Virus record (IMG/VR): IMGVR_UViG_3300027759_000002
Span: 32,001 to 96,000 of that record
Reading direction: 5' to 3' (one strand)
Source: a virus
DNA: 64,000 nt
The position numbers were made by a program, and so were the translations under genes. The number at the start of each line of letters is the position of its first letter. The first letter of the stretch is position 1. The notes beneath the pieces are model-generated. The model was not told where the DNA came from. It ran no database searches and saw nothing but the letters and a program-made list of their open reading frames with translations. Positions 9,787-20,700 of this stretch are shown piece after piece.

Positions 9787-11166
9787 ATGGCAAATAAAAA
9801 TATACTCACAAGCGCATCAAAGGTTTCTCAAATAGACCTTTTGTATTATGCACCAGTTGCAGTAGTACCGCCTGCAATTACAATACCAATTCATTCTTAC
9901 TATTGTTTCTTGGCCAAGCCAACTCCATGGGCAGACAATAATAATCCTGTTACACCAACAGGTGACTTGAAGTCAATGAAACAAATTCAAAAGAACATCT
10001 TTGTTGCAAAAAAAATTAAGACCAGTGATATTTCACCAGTCATCCAACGAGTGAATTGGACTACAGGTATAGTATATGATTATTTCCGTGACGATGTTGA
10101 TATGTTGGTCAAAGATGCAAACGGTTTTATAACCAAAACATTCTACGTCAAAAACAAATACGACCAAGTGTTCAAGTGTTTATGGAACAACAACGCTGGC
10201 GCATCAACAAGAGAACCGTATTTTGAACCTGGTACATACTCAGCTAATAGAATCTTCCAAGGTGACGATGGTTACAAATGGAAATTTATGTACACCATCG
10301 ACACTGGCCTAAAACTTAAGTTTATGGACAAAGAGTGGATGCCTGTGCAAATAGGGTCAAACACTCCTAATCCATTAGTTACCAGTGCAGGTGCGGGTAG
10401 TATAGATGTTATCAACGTCATAAATGGTGGGTCAGGATACGACACGGTCAATGCGGTCGTGTATGTTACTATCACAGGTGACGGCACAGGTGCAAGCGCA
10501 TCCGCAAACGTGCAATCATTGGTGAATGGTGGTTCAGTTAGAGATATTATTGTGGTAAATCCAGGTAGTAACTATACCTATGCCAATATTGCAGTAACTT
10601 CCGCAATAGGTAGTAATGCCAACGTTACATGGGCAACATCACCAATTGGTGGCCACGGTTTTGATCCTATTTCTGAATTAGGTTGCGAACATGTTATGTT
10701 GACCGCTGAGTTTGATGGTGATGAAAATGGTTTTGTGCCAACAGATATAGATTATCACCAAGTTGGTATATTGGTAAATCCAACTACAAAACAATATAAT
10801 CCAACTCCAGCCAATGGCATTATCTACAGCACGACAACAAACATTGTCGTGGCTCCAGGTTCAGATGCAGGATACACACCTGATGAGTTTGTATATCAAG
10901 GTACTTTGGCCAATCCATCATTTTATGCAAACGTTTTAAGTTTTGATGGTGGTTCCAATTTAATTAAGCTGATAAATACAACAGGCACTCCAGCAAATAA
11001 CAGTCCAATATTTGGACAAGATTCAAAGACAACAAGAACATTATTGTCATACAGTACTCCAAATTTTGCAGTTCATTCTGGTTATATGATTTATGTACAG
11101 AATAGATCCGGTGTTCAAAGAAGTACTGATGGCATAGAACAATTCAGATTCGTATTAGGTTTCTAA
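9787..11166 (+). CDS. gp8: baseplate wedge subunit gp8
   Basis: RVNWTTGIVYDYFRDD..FYVKN..VFKCLWNN..EP..DDGYKWKFMYTI and GGHGFDPISELG are gp8 motifs. Confidence 0.88.
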   Translation: MANKNILTSASKVSQIDLLYYAPVAVVPPAITIPIHSYYCFLAKPTPWADNNNPVTPTGDLKSMKQIQKNIFVAKKIKTSDISPVIQRVNWTTGIVYDYFRDDVDMLVKDANGFITKTFYVKNKYDQVFKCLWNNNAGASTREPYFEPGTYSANRIFQGDDGYKWKFMYTIDTGLKLKFMDKEWMPVQIGSNTPNPLVTSAGAGSIDVINVINGGSGYDTVNAVVYVTITGDGTGASASANVQSLVNGGSVRDIIVVNPGSNYTYANIAVTSAIGSNANVTWATSPIGGHGFDPISELGCEHVMLTAEFDGDENGFVPTDIDYHQVGILVNPTTKQYNPTPANGIIYSTTTNIVVAPGSDAGYTPDEFVYQGTLANPSFYANVLSFDGGSNLIKLINTTGTPANNSPIFGQDSKTTRTLLSYSTPNFAVHSGYMIYVQNRSGVQRSTDGIEQFRFVLGF

Positions 11167-11175
11167 GGGAAAAAA

Positions 11176-14100
11176 ATGGCTTTAAATTTTAACGTTGATC
11201 CATATTATGACGATTTCGATGGAACAAAAAACTTCCATCGCATATTGTTTAAACCCGGTGTTGCTGTACAAGCAAGAGAATTAACACAAGCACAAACAAT
11301 ATTACAAAATCAAATCACCAGTTTTGCGGACAACATTTTTAAACAAAATTCTCCTGTTACAGGTGGCCAGGTTACAACCAATTTTGATGTACAATATATT
11401 AAAGTTCAGTCCACATATCAAAGTATCACAATTGATATTGAACAGTTTCAAGACAAACTAATTAGAAATGCAACAGGCACAGTTGTTGCAAGAGTATTAA
11501 CGACAGCAGTTGCAACAGGTACCGCAGGTGAAGGTGACCCAATAACGTTAGTTGTATCATACAAAACAGGTACACATTTTGCCGATAATGATATAATCTA
11601 TGATGCAGATTCAAACCTAACGTGTCAGGCCATGCCTAGTGGTGCAGTTGGTGCATCATCAATTGCATCTGTTTCGCAAGGTGTTTTCTATGTACTAGGT
11701 AACTTTGTGCAAGTTGTTCCACAAACCGTTATTCTCGACAAGTATGGTAACACTCCATCAAAACGTGTTGGTTTGGAAATTACCGAAACAATTTATGATT
11801 ATGCAAATGATAATTCATTATTGGATCCAGCAGTTGGTGCATCCAACTATCAGGCTCCAGGTGCAGACCGATATGTAATCAATTTACAATTATCATCTAG
11901 ACCATTATATTTTGGTGATGACTCATTGTTCATTGAGTTGGTTCGTATCGAAGATGGCAGTGTATATAAAATGGTTGATGGTTCTGTTTATGCGACCATT
12001 GATGATTATTTTGCAAAACGTGATTACGAAACCAATGGTGATTATATCATCAATGATTTTAAACTTACACCAAAAACATACGAAGATGATTCATCCAAAT
12101 ATACTTTAAATGTTGGTAAAGGTTTGGCTTATGTACATGGATATCGTGTTGAGAATCCATCACCAATCAATATCATTTCCAACCGTGCAAGAACAATCGC
12201 TTCACAAAATAATGAACCATCTTTCATAGACTATGGTAGTTATTTCTTGGTTAGTAATGTTGCTGGTTCAGGTACAACTACCTTTCCAGTTACAACCGCA
12301 AACACAGTAGACTTCCATTGTGTTGCAAATACCAGTATCAATACCGCAAATGCAACAACTTACAATTCAACATTGGTTGCAACAGCATACATCCGTGGCC
12401 TACAATTTCAAAGTAGTCCGTCCAATAGTGATGCAAGCACATATGTTTATAAAGCACATGTGTATGATATTGTTAATAAATCTATTTCATCAAATGTAAT
12501 TTCAGCAAATGCAACATCAATAATTTTACCAAATGTAAATGGTAAATCCTCTAGTGTCGATGGTGCTTATGTTGGTGTTGATGTTACAATCACCAAAGGT
12601 ACAAATGCTGGTGAAACTAGGACAATCTCCAACTATAACGGCACAACACGAGCTGCAACAGTAAGTCAATCGTGGAGTGTTACACCGGATAGTTCTTCAG
12701 TTTATGTTTTGAATTTTGATACACCAGATGTTGAGTCTATGGTGTTTACGAACAGTGATGGTACATATCCAAAAACAATATATTCAAGTGCTAAAATTGA
12801 TAACACAGGTAAGATAGGAAATTTAGCCACAGGTGATGCCGAGTTCCTGAATCCAAATATACCTGAAATGATTTACCCGATAGGTAACCCATATGTTTCA
12901 GGTATTGCTTCACCATCATACACAACCTACCAAGAATTAAAAGGTGTGGCATTTAACGTATCTGGTAGTACACTATCGGCTCAGTTATCATTTACTGGAA
13001 GTTATGCGGGTGTACTTAAACATCTAGGTAACGAAGGTACAACCTTATCTGGTGATGTTGTTGAACAATGCTATACTATACTTGTTACAGATAAACAATC
13101 CAACAGTACTATATCAAACGGCCAAGTAATACCTTGGACTATTAATGGTAGAAGTGTTACATTAAATGGCGATGGTTCTGTTGCCAACTTTGCAACATTA
13201 ACTTCAGATTTGACAGCATTTACTGCAACAATTATTGCAAAAATATTTGTTGTTGATGGAACAAATACAAGCCATGTGTTAAGAATTAAAAATCTAGTTA
13301 CAGGAAACACAACCGCTGTATCCAGTAACACATCAGGATATGTTACACAGGTAAATACAAACACATACGTTGACGATTCTGTAGATTCAAAAGGACATGT
13401 TTACATTAAATCAGCAGGAGTTCTTTCTTCAGGTCAACAATCATTATATTTGTCTGATGTTAAACGTGTATTAAAAATTATAGATACAAAGACAAGTATA
13501 TTGCCAACTGTGGCCATGTTAACAAATGCATCTTATGATGTGACAAACCGTTATACATTTGATAATGGCCAAAGAGATAGTTATTATGACCACGCATCTA
13601 TAAGTTTGAAACCAGGTGCAGACAAACCTGCTGGTAATATTCTTGTTATCTTAGATTACTATAAACATACTGGCGGTGATGGATATTTTAGTAAAATGTC
13701 CTACGTAGACAATTCCAGTTCACCAGAAGATTACAGAGAAATACCAGTATACATTAGTAAACATGGTTATTCTTATGCGTTAAGAGACTGTATAGATTTT
13801 AGGCCTGCAAGATTAAATGCACAAGTAAATTTTGTATATCGTTATTCAAATCCATCTTCAACAAGATTGGGTACATTACAACCTGCGGATTTAACAACCT
13901 TTATTTGTGATTACTCTTACTATCTTGGTCGTAAAGATAAATTGATTATCACTAAAGATAAATCGATTCAAATCATAGAAGGTTCACCTTCAATAAACCC
14001 TTTGATGCCTAATGAACCAGATGGTTCATTAATTTTGGCTAATATATCACACAAACCATATACAGGTTACGTACCAACAGAATTAACATCAGGTCTATCC

Positions 14101-17100
14101 GACTTGTCTGTTGAAGTACCACAACACCGCCGATATACAATGTCAGATATTGCTGGTTTAGATACTAGAATTAACCGTATCGAATACTATACTGCGATGA
14201 ATTCTTTAGAACAAAATGCAAATTCATTACAAATTTCTGACGCATATGGATTGAATAGATTTAAAAATGGTATTATGGTGGATGATTTTTCTAGCTTTGC
14301 AGCTGCAGATGCAGGCACAGCCGATTTCAAAGCATCCATCAATCGTAGAACAAAACAGATGACAGCTAAACAAACTGTTCAAAATTTCCCGTTAAAGAAC
14401 TTAGCTCTGGCCTATAACATGGGTAGACCAACCGCAAGTGCAATTTCAGCATTTAATTTTGGAAGAACATCTAGTGGTTATACAAACTATTTTTCTCTGC
14501 CTTACACAACAACAAATATTATTGCTCAAAAGTTGGCAAGTAGAACGGTCAACCTTAATCCTTTCTCCGTTACAAACGCAAAAGGATTAATTTCTTTATC
14601 ACCTAATGTAGACAATTGGGTAGATACCACATACTCACCATCACTTTTGATTGTTGATCCTAATCTACACATATGGCAAAGTTCAAACACAATCAACACA
14701 TTAGTTTCTGGTGATTGGCAGACCGTTTCAGGCACAACAACATTACTATCACAATCAACAAGCACAAATTCATTTGCAGTCAACCATGAAAATCATGGTA
14801 GATTTGATGGTCCTTATGGTAGAAACGTTGGTTACACAGAAAATATAACAGATACAACTGTTACATCAACATACCAAACTACACAGAATCAATCTCAAAA
14901 CAATTTAATGGGTGCATATAGTCAAGTAGACAATACATATTCATTAAACAATGGTTACATCAACGACATTAGTATTCTTCCTTGGATAAGACCACAAGAA
15001 ATTGTAGTTGCATCCACTGGTTTGTTATACAAAACTGAAGTACATAGTTTCTTTGATACAATTTTAGTTGACAATTATTTGAGAAAAGGAAACACAATTG
15101 AATTAACAAATGTGGTAGGTACATTTAATTCAGGTGATATTGTGGGTTACTATACATCAGGAACATTTGTACCAACAGGTATTATTATCGGCACATATGA
15201 TTATCCAGGTTCTAATAATATGAGATTGTATGTAGCCGCTGATGGTAAGACAACAACATACCATAATGGAAATGCATTACAAAATGCTTTCTTTAATGCA
15301 GAAGGTGTTTATCAAACTAGTACAGCACAAGGAACATTCAGTAGTCAAACACACAACGGTGGATTAATACAAACTGTTAGTAGTACAACAACACTTACCT
15401 TGTCAACTTTAGCTTCATCAACCAGTACAGATTATATTGGTAGTACATTATACATAACTGCTGGATCAGGTCAAGGCCAATCAGCAATAGTTACAGGATA
15501 CAATGGCACAACGAAAGTTATAACTTTAACTACAGCAATTTCATGTTCAGTAAATGATGTATATTCTATTGGAAAATTACAAACAAATGAGGAAGGTAGT
15601 GTTTTTGGTATATTTACTGTACCTGGAAATACATTTCACAGCGGTTCAAGGGTGTTTCGTATAGACAATCGTTTCAATGGAAATGAAGAAACAGTAACAA
15701 CGTTTGCAGAAGGCACATTCTATGCGTCTGGCCTACAAACTAACAAACAAAACATAGACTTTGGTGCATCACCTTCTGGTGCAAAAGATGTATTCACACA
15801 AGTTAATAAACGAGATTTGGTTTTACCAGCATTCACCAAGAATAATACTTCTCGCAGTGTGTGGTATTCACCTTATGATCCTGTGGCTCAAACATTTATT
15901 ATTGATGGAGATAATTTTGCCAATGGTGCATACATTTCTTCAGTTAAGGTTTTCTTTAAAACTAAACCAACAAGTGATGCAGCACCAGTAACATTGTCTA
16001 TTGTTGGAACATTAAATGGTTATCCAAATGGCTCTACACTAGACAATTCTATTATTACTTTACCTGCATATAAAATTAATGTGTCAGAATCTCCACAATA
16101 CTTGGATGAAACCACATACACAGAATTCGTCTTTGATTCACCTGTGTATATCCAATCGGGTAGTTTGTACGCAATGATTTTGAAATCATCTTCAAATGAA
16201 TATACTTTATATACCGCTGCGAATGGTGATACAGCACTACCTTCATCGGTGAAGAATCTTGCAACTGATCCATATCCAAGTTCAATTACAAAAATCAACA
16301 GTGCTCCATATGTTGGTGCATTGTTCATCTCTCAAAATGCTCAGACATGGACAGCGGATCAAAACCAAAGTTTAATGTTTACAGTTGAACGTGCCAAGTT
16401 TGACACAACAAAGACACCATCAATCAGAATGATTGTGCCTAAAAAATTACCACAAAGAGGATTGATAGAAAATAACATTGATTATTTTACAAATGCAAAT
16501 ACAATGGTAAACAATGTTGTTCTAACCACGAATGATGATGTGTTAGTTGATGCGTTTAACTTGTCTACAACAGATTTTATTCCGCCTTCAACAACAATTA
16601 CATACACATATGCAGCCACATTACAGAGTGGCACAGAAACACCTGAGGTTAATATTAATCCAGGTAAATATGGTACAACAATGTATGAACACATTTATTT
16701 GAATGACAATAAAGGTGAAAGAATACTTAAATCAAACTCCACAACATCATTCTCAATGTATGGTTATTTGGAGTCTACAGACGATGCGGTATCACCTATC
16801 ATTTCTGATGCAGGTACTTCTTTGTTTGCAATCCAATATGATATTAACAATTGTGAATTGTCTAACAGTTTAATTTCAATTACAAATGGTGGTAGTGGTT
16901 ATAATGCTTCATGTACCTCTGTTACAATTTCTTCACCGACTGGTAAGAATGGTGAACAAGCATATGCAACGGCCAATGTGGTTAGTGGAGTAATTGACCA
17001 CATTTATATTACATCACCTGGTTCTGGTTACATTGAGACACCAACTGTTACTATACTTGATGCAAACAATACACCTGGAACAGGCGCAACCGCAACAATT

Positions 17101-17556
17101 GCTGGTGAAACTTCTGTTAAAGGTGGTCCAGCAGAAACACGATACTTAACCAAAAAAGTTGTATTGGATGGTGGTTTTGATTCTGGCGACTTGAGTGTTT
17201 ACCTCTCTGCATATCGTCCAGTTGGTACCGATATCAATGTTTACTATAAAGTTTTAAGTAGAAATGATACACAAGCTTTTGATGATGGTTACTGGCAACT
17301 AATGACAAAAACAAATAGTTCTGATGGAACATATTCACAATCAAGAAGTGATGTACGTGAGTATACTTTTGCTCCAGGCAACTCAGGTAAAGACCAAGGT
17401 TTTATTTCTTATCTAAGTACCAATGGCCAAACATACTACACATTCAGTCAATTTGCAATCAAAATTGTGTTGACAACCACAGACAAAACTCTTGTTCCAT
17501 ATTTGTCTGATGTGAGAACTATTGCTTTACCTCCAAATACTAACACCACATTCTGA
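11176..17556 (+). CDS. large virion structural protein, DUF4815/VrlC-like
   Basis: NFNVDPYYDDFD..FHRILFKPGVAVQARELTQAQTILQNQ N-terminus, plus NYQAPGADRY, RFKNGIMVDDF and DPVAQTF motifs typical of this family in T4-like cyanophages and ViI-like phages. Confidence 0.8.
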   Translation: MALNFNVDPYYDDFDGTKNFHRILFKPGVAVQARELTQAQTILQNQITSFADNIFKQNSPVTGGQVTTNFDVQYIKVQSTYQSITIDIEQFQDKLIRNATGTVVARVLTTAVATGTAGEGDPITLVVSYKTGTHFADNDIIYDADSNLTCQAMPSGAVGASSIASVSQGVFYVLGNFVQVVPQTVILDKYGNTPSKRVGLEITETIYDYANDNSLLDPAVGASNYQAPGADRYVINLQLSSRPLYFGDDSLFIELVRIEDGSVYKMVDGSVYATIDDYFAKRDYETNGDYIINDFKLTPKTYEDDSSKYTLNVGKGLAYVHGYRVENPSPINIISNRARTIASQNNEPSFIDYGSYFLVSNVAGSGTTTFPVTTANTVDFHCVANTSINTANATTYNSTLVATAYIRGLQFQSSPSNSDASTYVYKAHVYDIVNKSISSNVISANATSIILPNVNGKSSSVDGAYVGVDVTITKGTNAGETRTISNYNGTTRAATVSQSWSVTPDSSSVYVLNFDTPDVESMVFTNSDGTYPKTIYSSAKIDNTGKIGNLATGDAEFLNPNIPEMIYPIGNPYVSGIASPSYTTYQELKGVAFNVSGSTLSAQLSFTGSYAGVLKHLGNEGTTLSGDVVEQCYTILVTDKQSNSTISNGQVIPWTINGRSVTLNGDGSVANFATLTSDLTAFTATIIAKIFVVDGTNTSHVLRIKNLVTGNTTAVSSNTSGYVTQVNTNTYVDDSVDSKGHVYIKSAGVLSSGQQSLYLSDVKRVLKIIDTKTSILPTVAMLTNASYDVTNRYTFDNGQRDSYYDHASISLKPGADKPAGNILVILDYYKHTGGDGYFSKMSYVDNSSSPEDYREIPVYISKHGYSYALRDCIDFRPARLNAQVNFVYRYSNPSSTRLGTLQPADLTTFICDYSYYLGRKDKLIITKDKSIQIIEGSPSINPLMPNEPDGSLILANISHKPYTGYVPTELTSGLSDLSVEVPQHRRYTMSDIAGLDTRINRIEYYTAMNSLEQNANSLQISDAYGLNRFKNGIMVDDFSSFAAADAGTADFKASINRRTKQMTAKQTVQNFPLKNLALAYNMGRPTASAISAFNFGRTSSGYTNYFSLPYTTTNIIAQKLASRTVNLNPFSVTNAKGLISLSPNVDNWVDTTYSPSLLIVDPNLHIWQSSNTINTLVSGDWQTVSGTTTLLSQSTSTNSFAVNHENHGRFDGPYGRNVGYTENITDTTVTSTYQTTQNQSQNNLMGAYSQVDNTYSLNNGYINDISILPWIRPQEIVVASTGLLYKTEVHSFFDTILVDNYLRKGNTIELTNVVGTFNSGDIVGYYTSGTFVPTGIIIGTYDYPGSNNMRLYVAADGKTTTYHNGNALQNAFFNAEGVYQTSTAQGTFSSQTHNGGLIQTVSSTTTLTLSTLASSTSTDYIGSTLYITAGSGQGQSAIVTGYNGTTKVITLTTAISCSVNDVYSIGKLQTNEEGSVFGIFTVPGNTFHSGSRVFRIDNRFNGNEETVTTFAEGTFYASGLQTNKQNIDFGASPSGAKDVFTQVNKRDLVLPAFTKNNTSRSVWYSPYDPVAQTFIIDGDNFANGAYISSVKVFFKTKPTSDAAPVTLSIVGTLNGYPNGSTLDNSIITLPAYKINVSESPQYLDETTYTEFVFDSPVYIQSGSLYAMILKSSSNEYTLYTAANGDTALPSSVKNLATDPYPSSITKINSAPYVGALFISQNAQTWTADQNQSLMFTVERAKFDTTKTPSIRMIVPKKLPQRGLIENNIDYFTNANTMVNNVVLTTNDDVLVDAFNLSTTDFIPPSTTITYTYAATLQSGTETPEVNINPGKYGTTMYEHIYLNDNKGERILKSNSTTSFSMYGYLESTDDAVSPIISDAGTSLFAIQYDINNCELSNSLISITNGGSGYNASCTSVTISSPTGKNGEQAYATANVVSGVIDHIYITSPGSGYIETPTVTILDANNTPGTGATATIAGETSVKGGPAETRYLTKKVVLDGGFDSGDLSVYLSAYRPVGTDINVYYKVLSRNDTQAFDDGYWQLMTKTNSSDGTYSQSRSDVREYTFAPGNSGKDQGFISYLSTNGQTYYTFSQFAIKIVLTTTDKTLVPYLSDVRTIALPPNTNTTF

Positions 17557-17558
17557 TT

Positions 17559-17780
17559 ATGAACTTACTGAGAGTAAAAGGCACCAAATTAGTGAGAGAT
17601 CCTAGGAGTGGCGCCATTATCAACCAAGATAAAACAGGACTAGATGACTATCTAGCTAGACGCCGTGGTATGGAGTCTCAAAAAGAAGAAATAAATAAAG
17701 TAAAGTCTGATATCACAGAAATGAAACAAGACATGACAGAAATTAAAAGTTTGTTACTAAAACTATTAGAAAAAGGTTAA
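17559..17780 (+). CDS. small hypothetical protein with C-terminal coiled coil
   Basis: 73 aa, coupled to both neighbours. LVRDPRSGAIIN then heptads (EINKVKSDITEMKQDMTEIKSLL). Confidence 0.65.
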   Translation: MNLLRVKGTKLVRDPRSGAIINQDKTGLDDYLARRRGMESQKEEINKVKSDITEMKQDMTEIKSLLLKLLEKG

Positions 17781-17781
17781 A

Positions 17782-20700
17782 ATGGCTAATACAGTTACCA
17801 CATTAAGTTATGCCAATACATTCGGACATTGGTTGACTGCAACCAGTGCATTGATTGCTGAGAATAATGTATTGGCCAAAGATAATTATGTAAAAGATTC
17901 GGGTACAATTTATCTTTCCGAAGGAACACTAAACGCATTACAGTCAAATGGTAATGTTATTATACAAAAAGTTTTGAGTGTACAAGGTGTTGGTTCTTCT
18001 GCAACAATACAGAATGATTTGACTGTACAACGCCAAGGACTATTTACAAATACTGAATTGAGTTTATCTACATCAGGCAGTGCAAACATTGCAAACGTAT
18101 TGAATGTGTTGGGTTCAGGTTTTGGTTTAAAAGTGGCCAACAATGCCAGAGTTGCTGGTGATTTGTATGTTGGTGGAAACTTAGATTTAAATATTCTAGA
18201 AGCTCGTCAAAAAGTTAACACATCCACACTCTCTGTAACTGGTACAACATACACCAGTAAATTACAATCAAACAATCAAATTGTTACTGATGTTATCAGT
18301 GCAAACAGTAGTATATACACCAGCCGTTTACAAGCAAATACTTCCATAACAACAACAGAAATTCAGGCCAATACGATTGTTAATGCGGCATCATTCTCCG
18401 CAACAACCGGTATCTATGGTAATTTATTACAAGCAAATTCATCCGTTAATACAGCAAATGCATCTATTGTACATACACTATATGCAAATAGAGTGCAGGC
18501 AAATTCATCCGTTAATACAGCAAATGCATCAATAACAGGTACAGTTTATACAAAGAACTTATTAGCCAATTCATTTATTAGTTCTTCAAATATAATTGCA
18601 TCTAATGTAATAACCACCAATACATTGTCTGCAAATATTGCAATCTATACAGTTGACCAGTATAGTACAAATACCGCATACGCAAATTTATTTTATGCAA
18701 ACACAGTTTATTTACAAAATAATATTGTAACTGTTGGAAATACAAACTCAACTTCGTTTTTTGCATCTGCAAATATAACCACACCAACTTTACATTCAAT
18801 AAATTCTTTTGGTGATTATCTTACAGCAAACTTACATATCTACACACCTTCAATAGACGTTGAGGGCACCACATTAACTCAGTTTTTGCAAGCAAATTCG
18901 TCAATGAATACATCCAACTCAAGTGTTGTTAACACCAGTTGGACAAAAAATTTAATTGCGAACACATTAATTACCACTGCAGCTATAGCTGTAACAGGTA
19001 AAACTCATACCAATACTTTACAAGCCAATACATCAGCCAATACAGAAACTTTATCTGTGACTCAGCGTGCATTGATTGACCAAGTACAGGCAAATACATC
19101 CGTTAACACGCAAATTTTAAGTGTATCAACAACAGCATTTGCAAATAGATTAGAAGCAAATAGTATTGTATATACACCATTATTAAATGTAACAGGTAAT
19201 ACATTTACAAATAGATTACAATCAAACATTTCTGTAAACACTGCAACAATGAGTGTGACACAAAAAATTGATGCTAATAACGCATCAGTGTTTGTTAATA
19301 ATTTACAAACTGTAGGACAACTATCGGTTGGTGGTAATTTTGTTATTAATGGCACAACAATATACAACTCAAATGTATTTACCTTGAACGCAGGATCAAA
19401 TGAAGGATTAATTAGTTCAATTGATATTAATAGAGGTGTTACTGGTGCAAATGCAAGTCTTCGTTGGAACGAAACAAATAAAAACTTTGATATATTAAAT
19501 GTAACTAACGGCAATTATTATAGAATAATAACGGATCAATATGTTAGTGATGCATTAGACCAAACAGCCGCACAGGCCGCTTCTTCCACAGCAGCCAATA
19601 CGTTGAATACTAAAATTACAACTGCAAATACATTCTTACAAGGTCGAATTGATTCATCAGATAAGTTTGCAAACGCAGCATTTGTAAGAGCCAATTCATC
19701 TTACACTTCACAAAATACAACTGCATCTTTTGCTAATGCTGCGTTCAGACATGCAAATGCTGCATATGAATCCGCAAACAATGTGGCACCTCAGGTTGCA
19801 CCAGCATTTGCACAGGCCAATGCAGCATTTGATAAAGCTAATACGACTGTTGCAACAATTAAAGGAACAACAGGTTTTGTTACTGCAAATGTTGCTGGTA
19901 TTACACTAAAGAGTAACAATGGTATTGTTATATTTGCCACAAATGATAATGGTACTGGCAACACATTGTCAATTAGCACATCACAAGACCTAACCACAAC
20001 AGGTTCACCAACCTTTGCTGCAATATCACTAACAACACCACTACAGGTTGGCCAAGGTGGTACAGGAACATCATCCTACGCATCATTATTTGGTTTGACT
20101 GTCACTGCTGCAGCAGGTTCAGGTGCCGCAGGAAAAGTTTTGGGTACAGATGGATCAGGTGGATATTCTTGGGTCACCGGTGGTACAGGTGGTGGAGGTG
20201 GTACACAACCAGGTTCTAGAATTTCATCATCACGTTTATCATATACTGGTGATAGCCTTACAACCAAATTTACTACACCAACATTTAGTGTTGGTACACA
20301 ACTGAGAACATACATTAACGGTGTGCGTCAATTAGAATCTGAATATAATGCATTCACTTCAAATTCAATTATACAGTTCACAAGCGCACCAGTAACAGGT
20401 GATAAAATATTGGTTGAGGTCGATGGTTATGCGGTGTATGAGTATTTTGCAAACAATATTGTTTACGGTCCTGTATCTGGTGATATGTCTGGTGCAACTA
20501 TTCAAGATGCGATTGACAACCTAGAAACTAGAAAGATGCCGAAGATTGGTGGTACATTTACAGGTCGTGTTGATGGCCTTACTATGCCAATTACTACATC
20601 AAACACACATTTTGCTACAACAGCATTCGTAAACAATCTTGCAAATGCTGGGTACACATTAACATCAAGTATTACAGGTAATGCAGGCACAGTAACAAAT

